Source: Seison nebaliae
Lineage: Eukaryota
Assembly (NCBI GenBank): GCA_023231475.1
Contig: JALJEE010001240.1
Coordinates: 1 to 58,415, forward strand
Direction: 5' to 3'
Length of the DNA stretch: 58,415 nucleotides
Made by a program: the position numbers and the translations under genes. The notes below the pieces were generated by a model. It was not told the DNA's origin and did no database searches. It saw only the letters and a program-made list of their open reading frames with translations. This document shows, one piece after another, positions 11,839 through 25,472 of this stretch; within the stretch, counting starts at the first letter, position 1, and each line of letters opens with the position of its first letter.

Positions 11839-14772
11839 TCAAACGTAATCAAAAATTAGTTGGAATAATGGAACGACGTATTGGGAGATGGAATCGCAAA
11901 TATAATGATATTGTAGACTTGAATTGGATGAACGTATTTGAGTCAAATATTGTATCAAAGACTCGGTGCAATTCTCGCTCATTTTCATCAGATGATTCAT
12001 AATGATGTGATCTGCTAACTCCCAACTCTCGGGACAATAAGTATAATCGATGTTATCGAGATTCATCATATATTCGTGGACGAATCGTGCGAAGAAAGGA
12101 TTGAGAAGTTTCGATGAATTATATTCAGTGAATTGAGATGAATTGTTATTAGTAAATAAAATTTTACATAGAAATTTTATGAAAATCTGAAACGATTTCG
12201 TATTTTGAGAGAATTCTTTCAATTTATTCTCTCTCAACTCATTCAATTGTTGTTGTTGTTGTTGTTGTTGTGGTAGATGAGTTCGACGTTTAGATGTTGA
12301 TGATGATGATGATGAGGTGATGGATTGAAGAATATTTAATTTTTTACGATGTTTCATCGTATCGCCAAAACCACTATCACTCTGCATCGATTGTACCATA
12401 ATTGGTGGAGGTTGTAATGATGATGAGATTGTGGTGGATGTTGGGCAATTGAGATAATGAGAATGTCGTTTCTCTCCTTCCATCGGAATATGATGATGTT
12501 CGATTGGTTGTTCGATTGCTGAAGAATTTGATGATGACAATCCTAAATTACAACGTACGTCTCCATTGTCTAATGAGGATAAAGAAACGGAAGATGATGA
12601 TGGTGACGATAATTCAGGTGATGTATCTTCATTAAAAAATGATTTATTCGTTAGAGATTGAGTGATTTCTTTTTCGATACCTTCAAGAATGATATGTAGA
12701 AATTGATCATTTTTATCTTTCATTTTCATATTAAGTTGAATATAATTTTTATAGAATTGGAGGATTTTATCTAATTTCATTTGAACGAATCCGTTTGGTG
12801 ATTGTTTTCTTTGTTCATGATATTGAATGGAAAGATAACGATAAACATCAAAAATATGATTCATTCGATCATCAGTCGTCAATTCCTGAGAATTCTTTAA
12901 TAATATTATATTTCTATTGTTCTTTTTCTTGTTGTTGTTGTTGTTGTTGATGAGAAGATGGGAAATATGTTGATGAAAATGATGAAATGATGGAACTAAA
13001 TCAATTTTCTTTAAGAAACATTCAACTTCTTCCATTCCATAATGATGATAATTTGATGGTGATTGTGTTAGACGTTGTGAGTAGAAGAGGAAATAATCGT
13101 TCAACATTTCATTCTCATTCTCTAACAAATGTTCCTGGAAATGACTCAGATCGAAATTCATCAAATTCCACCAATTCTCGATGATTTTTTTTGAAAAATA
13201 ATTTTCATTGAAAAAATATTTCGAATAAAATTTTTTCAAAATTTCCAAACGATTTCTATCCTCCACTTCCTCAAATTCACAAAAACGAAGAAATGTCACT
13301 TGGAGCCAACGATGAAGATATGATGACAATTTCTCAATATAATTCCGATTTTTCTTATCATCAATTCTACCGTTATTCATCGAAATTTTATGAGGTAAAT
13401 CATTCTTTAGTTGTTGATGTTGCAAATTAATAATATTCCAGATAGTTTTATAATGACGTGGTAACATTTGGAAGAGATCACTGATCAGATTTCGACAATC
13501 TAATTTCCAATAATCATTCGACGTTGTCATGAGAAATCCATTCACCAATAATTTATTGACATCATCACATTTCGGCCAAATACGTTCGATATTTTTAAAA
13601 AAATTAATTTCTTCGCAGAAAATGTTCATTCCGAAATTTATCGATAATTTCACCGAACGATTCTCTTTTCCATCTAATTTGGCATTCATCAAAATATCTA
13701 TCAACGACGATGACGAACGATTCCCTCGACAATTGTTAACGGCACAAAGAATCGTCTGTGAATTGTGAAGATTCAAAAAATGACCGGATATTATCTGATT
13801 AGAATTACACGTTAAACAATCGGCTAATACACAATTCAATTTATTGACATTCAATTGATTATTATGAAGGAATTCGTTGAATGAGGTTAATAATCGATAT
13901 TGGATTAATCGTCTCCAATCCATGGAAATTAATCGATCGCTCAATATCTTCTCTATCAGAATATCGAAGAGACAATTGTCCATTTCATTCGTTTGTTCAT
14001 TCTTCGGAAGAGGATTCATTTGTAATTGATCATGATTAAAATCGTTGGACGTTAACAAAAATCGATGATCTGATAATTCATTTTCTTTTTCATCTTCATT
14101 TATCGATTTCTTTCTAATTTGAATTCGATCATATGTTAAACGATGTCGTTCTTCAGTGATTTGATGGAAATCGTTTTCATTCGATGAAATATTATTGAAA
14201 ATTAATTGATATTCATTTTTTCCATTTGAAAATTCGTCAAATAAATGAAAATTTGAAAGTGACATAATTAGAAAAAATTTCAAATTATTATTTTTCGGCA
14301 TTAATAATCGTTTGTTGAGTGAGATGGAGAGACATTCTTTTAAGATCTGTTTGAAATTTTCCAATTCTTTTCTCTTCTTTTCATCTTCCTCTTCTCGCCA
14401 TTGGGAGAAGGAGTCGATCAATAATTCACATTCCATCATTTCATTATCATCATTCCGTTTCTTCATTCCTTCTTTCTCACTGGGAAAATCATTCAATTCT
14501 TCATTCTTATTGATAATGAGAACGTGTTTCTCAATCGATGAAGATGATTCATCAATCTTCTTTTGTTCCTCTTCGAATTGATCGATTTTATGGAAATCAT
14601 CAAAATCTACTTCGATTTTCTTCTCTTTCGGTAAGGAGAGATCTACACGAAATTTTATCGATGTCAATTTTGGTAATCTTTTCCTTTTCCTCAATCGTTT
14701 CCTCTTCCCAATAATATCAGCTTCTTGAACGATCGATTCATTTTGTTGATTAAATGAGACACAATTGCCCAT
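11839..14772 (-). CDS. Intronless ~977-aa protein with a divergent Mab-21/cGAS-like (cGLR) domain and an N-terminal MGNC lipidation motif
   Basis: Long open ORF; first ATG reads MGNCVS. Motifs RIWPKCDDVNKLLVNGFLM, YWKLDCRNLISDLFQML, KLSSYLHRWLQVTFLRFCE and LNDYFL follow the order of the Mab-21 motifs WPx8-9GxHLV, WRxSF, LSSYxLK...CE and PHYF. Confidence 0.6.
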   Translation of the reverse strand: MGNCVSFNQQNESIVQEADIIGKRKRLRKRKRLPKLTSIKFRVDLSLPKEKKIEVDFDDFHKIDQFEEEQKKIDESSSSIEKHVLIINKNEELNDFPSEKEGMKKRNDDNEMMECELLIDSFSQWREEEDEKKRKELENFKQILKECLSISLNKRLLMPKNNNLKFFLIMSLSNFHLFDEFSNGKNEYQLIFNNISSNENDFHQITEERHRLTYDRIQIRKKSINEDEKENELSDHRFLLTSNDFNHDQLQMNPLPKNEQTNEMDNCLFDILIEKILSDRLISMDWRRLIQYRLLTSFNEFLHNNQLNVNKLNCVLADCLTCNSNQIISGHFLNLHNSQTILCAVNNCRGNRSSSSLIDILMNAKLDGKENRSVKLSINFGMNIFCEEINFFKNIERIWPKCDDVNKLLVNGFLMTTSNDYWKLDCRNLISDLFQMLPRHYKTIWNIINLQHQQLKNDLPHKISMNNGRIDDKKNRNYIEKLSSYLHRWLQVTFLRFCEFEEVEDRNRLEILKKFYSKYFFNENYFSKKIIENWWNLMNFDLSHFQEHLLENENEMLNDYFLFYSQRLTQSPSNYHHYGMEEVECFLKKIDLVPSFHHFHQHISHLLINNNNNNKKKNNRNIILLKNSQELTTDDRMNHIFDVYRYLSIQYHEQRKQSPNGFVQMKLDKILQFYKNYIQLNMKMKDKNDQFLHIILEGIEKEITQSLTNKSFFNEDTSPELSSPSSSSVSLSSLDNGDVRCNLGLSSSNSSAIEQPIEHHHIPMEGEKRHSHYLNCPTSTTISSSLQPPPIMVQSMQSDSGFGDTMKHRKKLNILQSITSSSSSSTSKRRTHLPQQQQQQQQLNELRENKLKEFSQNTKSFQIFIKFLCKILFTNNNSSQFTEYNSSKLLNPFFARFVHEYMMNLDNIDYTYCPESWELADHIIMNHLMKMSENCTESLIQYLTQIRSSNSSLQYHYICDSISQYVVPLFQLIFDYV

Positions 14773-17700
14773 GATAAAATTCAATTGACAATTGATATTG
14801 ACTGTGTTTTGAAATGACTTGTTGTTGAAATGTTATAGTTGAAATTATTTGAATGATTAATGAATTTGAATGAATAGATCGTGAAATGATAATTCACTTC
14901 ATATTTTGAAAATTAAATATGTGGGAATAAGTTGAAAGGCCGCTCCGTTTTTTTTTGTATTGAAAAAATTTAATTGAGGAAAATTGAAGGAAATTGTTAT
15001 TAAAAATTCAAATTTTTAGTTTTACTTTCTAAAAAAATTATTATTCTTCTTTTCTCCCAAACGACTTTTTTTGAAATATATTTAAAATTCATAGAATTTC
15101 TTTTAAAGAAAACATGTTGTGATCTGATGATGATGAGAAATGGTAAAATAAATAGAGACTATTGATTGATTGATATTTGTGTAATGGAAAATTCATTTTC
15201 ATCAAATTACACGTAACATTTCCTCAAAATAAAAATGAGAACTCAAATTTGATCTTATTATATTTCGTCTTCTACTCATAAACTCATTTCTCACAGAAAG
15301 TATATTTTTTTATGATGAAAAGGGAAAGAAGATTTGTGTGGAATATGATTGTATAAGATCAATAAAATAAATTTGTGGTAAAATAAAAATAAATATTTCT
15401 TGATACATTTTCATGAGGAAGAGAGAAAATCAAAAATAATTTCGAGAAACTGCATTCTCTTACATCATCCAATCAGTGGATTGTTATGCTTCATCAAAAC
15501 AGATGAAATGTGAAGAAAATAAAAGGGACAATAGGGAAGACAATTGATTTGGTTGAGTTGCATGACCGATATCGATATCCATTTCAAATCATTAAATAGA
15601 TAAAAATGAACTATCAAAACAAACACAATCGATAAAAGTTAATTCGCTATCCATAAAACTTATCGGATGATGACGACGACGACCATTTTGACCACCGTCG
15701 AACAAAATCATCAACCAGAAAATGGATGGAAGAGAAGGAAGGAGGGAAAAAAAAGAATTATACGAACAGGAAGTTCCCACTGACCTAATGGGAAAGGAGT
15801 AAAAGGAGTGAAGTAAATTAATTATTTTATCACGTCAATTCAATTGAGTAGAAGAGAAAATGTTGTAAAAGACGAAAATTCCTCGCATGTGATCCATCGG
15901 GTGGGAACTACACACTAATTACGTCATAAGTTGCAACATGATTTCTTTTTGGAATTTGAGTATGTGTGTGGTGAGATTGATGAAAATCAGTTCGAGAAGA
16001 ATTAGAAGAAAATCAATTTTGAAGTTCCACAATTTATTAGGGAAATTGGAAAGGAAAACAATGAGTTAAACGACGAGAAAGATGAGAAAGAAGACGGAAA
16101 TTAATTGAAAATGTAATAAACTTCCGTCGCCTAGCTACTTTGGATGTAATTCATTCAATATTCTCATATTTGCATTCGAAGTATTCTCATCGGAAATTGG
16201 AAAGAATTTACTTCTGAGTTATGTCAAGGAAATCCATTCGACTATACTTCAAACATTGGGGAAAATAACTGATTTCTTCCTATTACCCAACTCCTTCACA
16301 AGAACGTTTATGATGGTTAATAGATCTTAAAATAATTTCACTTAGAAACTTATCAGTTTCATTGAATTCAATTAAATCTCTAATGTCAATATGAACATAG
16401 AGTAGAACATGAATAAGCGCAAATCAATATCCTTTCCTTCTTGTTCAACTTTGATATTATCGATCTTATTATTCTTTGAATGAAGGAGGAAGATGCGGAA
16501 AAAACTATTTTTTTTTCGGTACTCACTTCGGAAACAGTAAGAAATGAAATGATAATCAATTAATTTTGAAGGTTAATCGATTGTTGTTCTAATATATTTA
16601 CAATAGACAAGTGTCCTTCCCCTCCTTACTTGTATGTCCGTCCTTGAGCAGATGAGTTAAACGAAATTCTTCTCCTCCAACAATATTCTGCGGTTTTTAC
16701 ATTGAATAATTTAATTGAATAATCAACCGTTCTTATTACATGATCATTAAATTAATTATGAGAATTATATTACTCACCATCCATTAGATGGAAATGATGG
16801 ATTTAATTAAGAAAGAAAAACAATCGTTCATAAAAGTGTGAGTGGGAGGGAATTGAGTAGAAACCGCAAAGAATAATAAAAAAGAAGAAACGATTGAAAT
16901 TGGGAAGAAGATAGATAGTGGATCCTTTTCAATAAAATGATTTGTTTGTCAATCGATGAAATATTATCGATATAAATCGTTAATCCAAAAATGCTGCCAA
17001 AAACATGCGGAGATAAAAAAGAAAGATGAACTGGTCCATCCAAACAATATGGTTTGGTTCCTGTATTCTGATATTTACATTTTATTTTACTTTCCTTTTT
17101 CTTCCTTAAACGATTCTTCATTTTTTTTATGATGATGAAAAAACCATATTAATTTTTCCGTAGATGGCATGCTTCAGCTACTTTCTCCATTTCCGTCATT
17201 TCCTCATGAAAAATGGCTGTTCTTACTTCTTTGTGTCTTATTCTTTTCTTTTCTTCAAGTGAAAATGATCAGAGGTAAGCAACAATTATGCACAAAACAG
17301 AATGGAAAATAAAGGTAGACAGAAGATATTTTTTATTTCTTCATCTCCATATTTCGTCAAAAGAAAGAAAGAAAGATTCGACAAACTTATAGCAAAGTGA
17401 TAGTGACTGATAGTAACTAACGATTACCAGATTATGGATGTTCATATTTTTCGAACCTTGAATGTTAGAAACATCGAACTGATGGAAATATATCATTCAT
17501 TTGTAAATCTTTGAAGATGTTCGACGTAATCATCATTCATCATACATTGATGGTTACAACAAGAAGAAATAAGAAGGAAAAAGAAAAATGTCGAATATAT
17601 TAGAATAATCGCGGTTATAATCATCCCAACCTCCCTCCCGTTCAATCTCGTCTCTATTCGAATCGGGTAAGTAAAAGGAGGTGGATAGTTTGGTAAATGA

Positions 17701-20700
17701 AAAATGTATATTTGTGACTATAAAATCAGTTCTTGCCATCGAATCAATACGGAAATGTGAATTGGTTGATTAATATTGTCGAAATTAAGTAGTTGAATAT
17801 ATCAAAACACACGTCAATTGCTGATAACAATTTATTTTAAGAAGACTTGATAACTTCAATCTCATTTCAACGAGCTATTGTATTGTATATCTTTAAGTTG
17901 AGAAGAAGGATTTAAGGAAACATTAAAAGATAAATAACTATATCAACTTATTCTGTAACGTTTACGGAGCATATTCATCATGTTCACCGTTTACGTTGAA
18001 AGAATCGATTTGAATTAAGAAAAAAGGAATTTTTGAAGATGACTCCCAGAGTTTTAGAGGGACTATTGAACTGACATGTATATCGTAAAAATATCGTAGA
18101 AATATGGTCTTGTTGGCATATGCATTGAAACGATTAAATGAGAATTATTTAACTAAACATCTTTAATAATTCATTAACAACTAAAAGATAAAAAATTTTC
18201 TGGAAATTCTTTTGAAAAAAACTTTTGGTAATTACTGAATGGTTGAAGGAATATGAATGATGTAATTCTAATGACTCACCCGTTTATTAAGGAGGAGAAA
18301 AAGAATTCATCGTTTTCTAATCTGTCGATCGATAGCATACATCCTTGACAGAAAAAGGTTAGTTACACAACCAATGTTCAAATTGGGTTGAGTGAAATGA
18401 AAGTAGAAAATGGGATTAAGATGGAGAATTGATAAGAAGTGAATGAATCAAATGCTAAATGATAAATAGAATAATAAATTTTTGTTGAATGACATTATCT
18501 GACCATTATCTTTTAACAGATTTGAGAGTCGTTTTCGACTGATTCAGTTCTCACCTATAAACGGTTGAGCTAAAGGAGAAAACTTTACGATACCATGTAC
18601 GTGTTGACTCTCAAACAGACTCTGAAAGTTTCATAGTTTTACTTCAATTACTTATCAGTTTCTACGACTACTGGAACGATTATTGTTAGCAGTATGTTTA
18701 GAGATTATACCTCTCCACCAACATTTATGTGTACATAGTCATTTCACTCGATTAAGAATATAAACAATACGTATCACGGTTGGCTAAAATGAAAAGGAGT
18801 TATCCCCCACCCCTCAAATACAACTCGACGTTGATATTATAATGAGATGGGAATGGAATTAGTACATTCTTATCAAAATGACGTAGTGTTGTTGAGGAGA
18901 TGAAGAGTTTAATTAAATTTACTTTCCTTCCAACCATAATTACAGCGGTTATCGCGAAAACTTGACCGAATCTTTGGAGTTGTCGATGGAGAAGAAAAAC
19001 GATGGTTTCTACGTCGCGAATGATTATGTGGCAAGATAAATATTGGGATAGATTGAATGATGACGAAAACAATACGACTCTTTATGTTTTTCATCCTCTG
19101 ATAAGAGTCGGGATAATCCAGGTGGAATTTGAGAACGAAAATAATTTCCAGTAGAAATTTACCACTAATTTTCCTTTCTTGTCGTTCATTCATGCCAACT
19201 AATCATACAATGTCAATCTGGACGAACGAACGAGCGATCGTAGAATACATCATGTTCGATCGAACTGATGAAATCAAAAATATGTCATTCTCATTCCTTC
19301 ATTCAAAAGTTTTCTTGACTAATTTAATTATGTTGTCAATATAATGTCCACTCAAACCACTAATTTCTCTCTCGTATGTTCTCATGTTCTACTTGAATCA
19401 TTCTCTCCCAAGGGGCAGTTGTACCCGATTGTCCTCAATCCTGTACACTTCATTGAGTTATGTGTGGGAAATGGATTGGTGGGAAAAAGGAAAGGGATTT
19501 GGAAACAGATTGATATGATCATGTAAATTGTTGGTGGATGTAGAAGTGAATCGAATGGCATAAAAGGAGGAGAACGAGGTCAAATTCTTTTTCTTATTCT
19601 CCTTCGTTCGAATGGTATTCCAAATGTATTCGATTTCATCGGCCATATATTCTCTTTCAATTGAAGGAATTGATTATTTTCCTTATCATCGTCGTCGTCG
19701 TCGTTGTAGTCGCCATTTTTAAACGATAGTAATAATGAGAATACATCGGTTTGTTGAATGAATAGAAGAAGTATATTCCTTTTCCATCAAAAAAAGAAAG
19801 AGGAGATATTGTTGTAATTTGATCCTATCCATCACTTGACCTCATTGCAAAGGAAAAAAGGTACTGAATATTTTATTGGTACATTTCGATTAATTTAATT
19901 AAAATAATTTGATTATTTCATTTATTTACCCAACAATCAGTGACAAATAGTTAATCGATCAATTTATCAAGAAACTTCGTTATCCATGATAAATTCAACT
20001 TAAATATTTCCAATTATTTAAATTCCGAATTCGATTAATTATTTTTTATTAAATCATTATTGATGATGAGTGAAAGATGATGATATTCATAATCGAACCT
20101 GTCCCCTCACATTGAACTGAAATGAGGATGGAATTGAGAATGAAAACTGAATTTATTTACATTAATTAATTGAATCGATTGAGTTGATTTATGATGTTGT
20201 GTTGATTGTGGAACATTTGAAATAACTTCATTATAACGTATTTCTAATGATAATCAATCTTTCTATTTGATTTATGTATTCAAACATCTACTCTAATGTA
20301 TACTAAATAGATCATAACATGATCATCATCACAACATTCTCACTAATCGGCAAATATTTATATTAAAATTAAAATATGAGAATATATTCATCAACAATAC
20401 TGCTGCGTTCATTATTATGTGGAACGAAAGTGAATGGCTATCGCTACAAAACTATCAATACACTCCTCCTAACGAAACATGTATGTAAACAACCGCATCA
20501 AATTTACGATGAGAATATCATCATTATCAATCATCTGATACCATTTACTTTTGCTTCGTATAAGAAAGCGACGATTTATTCAATGGCGCTCTCTCATTAT
20601 TCAAGTTGAATTGGGAAGAAATGCGAAGTGTATCTTTATACACATTCTTGTTAGTTTTCTGAATCCGAACTGTTATTTGACCATTATTATCTTTGATTGA

Positions 20701-22707
20701 CATTCAAGTTAGCCGATGGTTCTTCCATTATTCTTTTTTTCTACGCATCTTATACAATTTATATAACGAAAAATTAGATAAGCAACATAAATATAGTCGA
20801 ATTATACTCTAAAAATTTCCACATAAACGGACAATTTACACATTCCTTCTCTTATCAATGATATGGAGAAATTGTTGGTCTATTTTTAGAAAATAGAACC
20901 TGAAACTGAAGAACAAGAAAACTGGGGGAAATTTAAAAAAAAATTTGAATTATTAAATTTCTTTTCATATTTCTCAAAATGTTCTTGAAGTTTCCTTCAT
21001 GATGAACGAACGCATTTCATGTTCATTGTGATGAATTTCTTGATGGTATTATGTCCTCGTCGTCTGACTGTACATCATTGTTTTTGAAGACAAATAAAAT
21101 AAATGTGAATAATCACAAAAAAATTTCTTGAGATACTTGAGACACATATGCTAATACACACATTACATATAGAGAACAGCATAACATGAAGAACAACAAC
21201 AACCATCGCCATCATCTAACGAAGAAAAATGGTCATAGTCTTTCTTTTGTTCGTTTGATTTGCATATAGAATATTTACGAAGAAACATTTCACTTCAACT
21301 TACATAAATAGACATCAGTTGGAAGATGATGAAAACTCATTCCATATTCGATATTTCCCATAAAGTATTTGTTGATGTAATATTACGTGATAATAGATTG
21401 GTCTCCCTTCATTTCGTCCGAGTTAAATTTTCTTCTAAATTTTATTAGATAAAACTTATTAATATTTTCTTCTTCCATCAATTCCATGTGATGTGTCTCG
21501 TTCACATCAACATTGACAGTTTTATTACTTTCTTACATAACAATCTGACAAGTTTGGTGCATTGTCGAGTAAATATTTCTTGGAATTCCATATCATTTCA
21601 TGGGAGATAAGAAGAAGTCCATGGAATATTTCTAATTTTGTGAATAATATTTTCTTCAAATTACTATTATGATCAAATACATATACATATCTCTCGTTTT
21701 TCTTTTCGTTGTTGATTATTATTATTATCATTCAAATTGATTTTCATCTCATATTGTATTGTGTGGAAGAGACATCTATTGGTTGTGCATCTCACAGACA
21801 AAAATGAGAAGATCATGAAGAATAATAAGTGCATGGAATGAGAAGATTTTTCTTTTCGTTTCCAAAAGAAAAGGGAAAAGAGTCTTCTCTAATTGTTGGC
21901 ATCTTCTGATCATAATCGTTCTTATATTATCCCAATTATCGTTATTTCTAAAATACGAATGTGGAAAAAGGAATCTAATTGAAATGCAAAATTCATCTTT
22001 TGTTCATCTCCCTCAATTTTATGAGAATTAGACGTTCACGCCCTCCAAATATCATCATATCGATTAGACTGAAAATGGGTAAATATGCAGATTTTCCGAT
22101 TAACACTTTTGAAGAAAAATAAGGAGGGCGGATCAATTCTTATACCATCACAATATTCTCATAAATATATTTCACATATTCTCCTTTTCTGTTATGCTAT
22201 ATCGCCAATAACGATATCGGTTGATCCAGTTCTCTTTTAATTGTTCGAGAGGAAATGGTTAATTGTTTTAAAACAATTCATTCACGAAATTATAGGCCTC
22301 CACTCTAGTCAGACTATAACGGTCAAATTAAATTCCGTCGAAAGGAAATCTTTTTATCAATATCATTATTCCTCCACTATTATTCTTCCTTCTTATTACA
22401 TTGACATGAAAGGAATCGATGCTCAGAGCAAAGAGAAATCAATGATGCATAAGAAACTATCTCACTCAAATGCATTAAATCCTAATAAACACTTAAAACA
22501 CTCGAAGAGAAAGATACAGTTGAAGAAAGCCACTCTCATACCGAACAAAAAAGTTCCTTTTTTATTCCATCAAAATTTTCCCGACCAAATCCTTTCTTTC
22601 TAAATCATCTCTTCTGCACACAAATAATAAATACATTTCTTATGATAATCGCTCTATCTCATGCAACTTTATTTTTCTCGTTTTGATCGAAGGAGAATTT
22701 CCAATTT

Positions 22708-23345
22708 ATGATTTCGGCATCTGTTGATTGTTTTTCTTCTCTTCTTCTCAACCTCATATTTTTCATTCAATTCTCATTATTGAATATAAACATTTTCCTT
22801 CCTCTATACTCCTTTTACTCGACGTATGACATGCAGCTCGTAAACTAGAAAGGTAACAAGAACAAAAAGTTGTTAAACAAAATTCATAATCAGCTCAACT
22901 TTAATCGAGAACTATTCCATTTCTATCATAATCATCCTAAAGGTGTAACATGTGTACATAATTTATTCAATGTCAATAGGTCACAGATGATCCTTTGATA
23001 TGGTCGAATCGTTCATACCCATTCTTTCCCGTTGATCGATTGGCAAATTTCACAACATCATCACCATCAATAACACCAACAACGACAACAAGTAGTAGTT
23101 ACTCGTTTTATGAGTTTGTAGCAAAACATCCATTCGACTTAGACAAATGGCTGTCAAAACAAACTGACATTCGAATGCTAAACTCACAAACTAAACAATT
23201 GCTCTACGAAAATTTAGACTGCGACTCCCAAAATAATCTTCTTCCGACAGCCAGAGCGATACTTCTAACGAGAATTCATATTGGAGATTATTTGACGGAA
23301 ATTCTGCTCAGAAGGAAATTGAATGCGACGAAGGAAATGAATTGA
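22708..23345 (+). CDS. Hypothetical small spliced protein
   Basis: The last exon (AG|GTCACAGATGAT, ORF 22995-23345) is open and can be joined in frame to two upstream hydrophobic exons through GT-AG introns. No family recognised. Confidence 0.35.
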
Positions 23346-23535
23346 ATAAATTTACACAAATTTATAATAAGAGAATAAAAAAATTATTTTTCATATTTTA
23401 GAAACATTTTTTTTTCTTTTTTCCACCAACAATTCCATTGGAGTTGTTATCCATTGAGAAGTTGATGAATTATAATTAATAATTGAATTGTCAATGTCAA
23501 TGAAACATCTAAAGAGGAAAGAAGGAAAGAGTAAA

Positions 23536-24596
23536 TTAGTGAAACGGAAGTTCAGAATAAAATGATGAGAAATAAATGAAATGGAAAATGTGAAATTGAA
23601 TTAAACGATTAATTAATAGATTATTGGCTGAATTCATCGATAATTGACCACAAGGTTGTGGAACGTTTTTGATCCAGTCGCATCTCATTGTGAGTACATT
23701 GAATTTCAAACCATTTGGACATTGACCACTCTTCGTTTTCTTTTGATTGATACATTGATAGAATTCGGTACAACCGTCATCGACATTAGGATAAACTCCG
23801 TTCGGTCTTCCATCACCTTTTAAATTTATTGAGATTTTATTATTAAAAATTATGAGAGAAAATTAAAACATAAATTTTTCCCAATTTCCAATACCGGTCG
23901 TTCGCCACATTCTACATCGTTCTCTTTAGTACATTTCCTCGTCTCCTCATCAAATAATTCGTTTCTGGGACAAGAGAATTTTCCCAATCGCCGATTGACA
24001 CAAACAAAATATTGATTACAATCTTTTGGATTTGGCAGATATTTCTCGTCATAATGACAAGATCGTCCTTCTTTCAATATCTCATTCACAGTAGTCGTCG
24101 TGCTAGTCGATGGTGAGATAGTTGTTGAAATTTTGCTCTTTTTATTTTTCTTTGTTTTCTTCTTCTTCTTATCTCCTTTACCGTCTTTTCCTGGCCCTAC
24201 AAACATTTTAAATATTCAAATTTTTAAATTAAATTAACAATTATCCGGCGGTTCCCAATCAGGTCTCTCACCATTATTACATTGAAGTGAACTTGCCATA
24301 TCACATCGTTCATAAACGGGATCATATGCCATGCCTGGTCCGCACCATCCATCCTCTCGAAAATCTCCGTTACATTTATGAAATCGACCACAATCCCATG
24401 GATCTGGCCATTTCCCATCAGATGGACATTTGAAAACTTTTTTATTTTCCTTCTTCTTCTTCTTTAATTTCTTCGTTTGATGTACAACTATTGATAGAAG
24501 TTTGAAATTTGTGGAAATTTTGAAAGAGAAATTTTAACTGAACAATTGAGTTGATATGAAAAGAATGATGATGATGAGATTATGTCTCATTTTCAT
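23536..24596 (-). CDS. Secreted chitin-binding protein with three peritrophin-A (CBM14) domains (obstructor/CPAP3-like), 4 exons
   Basis: Hydrophobic N-terminus MKMRHNLIIIILFISTQLF followed by three 6-Cys domains: CPSDGKWPDPWDCGRFHKC..CGPGMAYD..C..C; CHYDEKYLPNPKDCNQYFVC..CPRNELFD..C..C; CDGRPNGVYP..GCTEFYQC..CPNGLKFN..CDW..C. The C-terminus is hydrophobic. Confidence 0.9.
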
Positions 24597-25472
24597 CTTA
24601 TACAATTTCCGTAATTATTTCTATTAATATTGACTGGCGTTATATCGAATGGATAATCGATCAGTTACTCCAGTTTCCTTTAACTTAATTCAAACAAATA
24701 TTTGATCAATTCTTTCTGTCGATTTTGGTGATGATATGTAAAAGGAATGATAATTCTTGTAAATATTGGAAAGAATTCAGTTGACGATTTCCTTTATCGT
24801 TCATCTCTCTTCCACTTTTGACTTATTCACCCCAACTGAACTGTGATAGTTAACGTTCATTCCACGATTGATGATACGTGTAAAATATCATCAAGTCACC
24901 TATTATCATCTCCAGTCGATAATCACTTCTATTTATAAATGGATTGTCTTTCCAATTCTTTTATTTTCCCAACAATATCATCGAACTAAATCGTCCCCGT
25001 CTTAAAAACGGTAGCGAAAGTTTAATTTATTGATACAAAAAAGAAGAATTTAAACATGATTTTCCAGATAAATACGTCATTTACAGACGGAAAATTATTT
25101 TGAAAAAACATTTTAAGAAAGAATTGAAACACGGACAAACGAAAAAGAAGAGACACAAATAAATTAGGAAAATATGAAAGAAGATTTATCGATTATCAAT
25201 TTAAGTTATAAATAAACTAAAAAAAATGCTTTCAATTCATCATTCTATCACCAAATATAGAGGACATTTGTGGATGAGAATGGAAAATTTTCGACGGAAT
25301 AAAATTAGGAAATTATAAAAAAATTAAATAAATATATGTTCGAATTTCTTTTTTTTTTCGACAAAGGCCTATCGAATGGAGATAATGAAAATGGATGAGG
25401 ATTGTTAGAAAAAAATTGAATTTAAAAAAATAATTAAATTAATTTTAAATAAATTAGAATTATTAAATAAAA

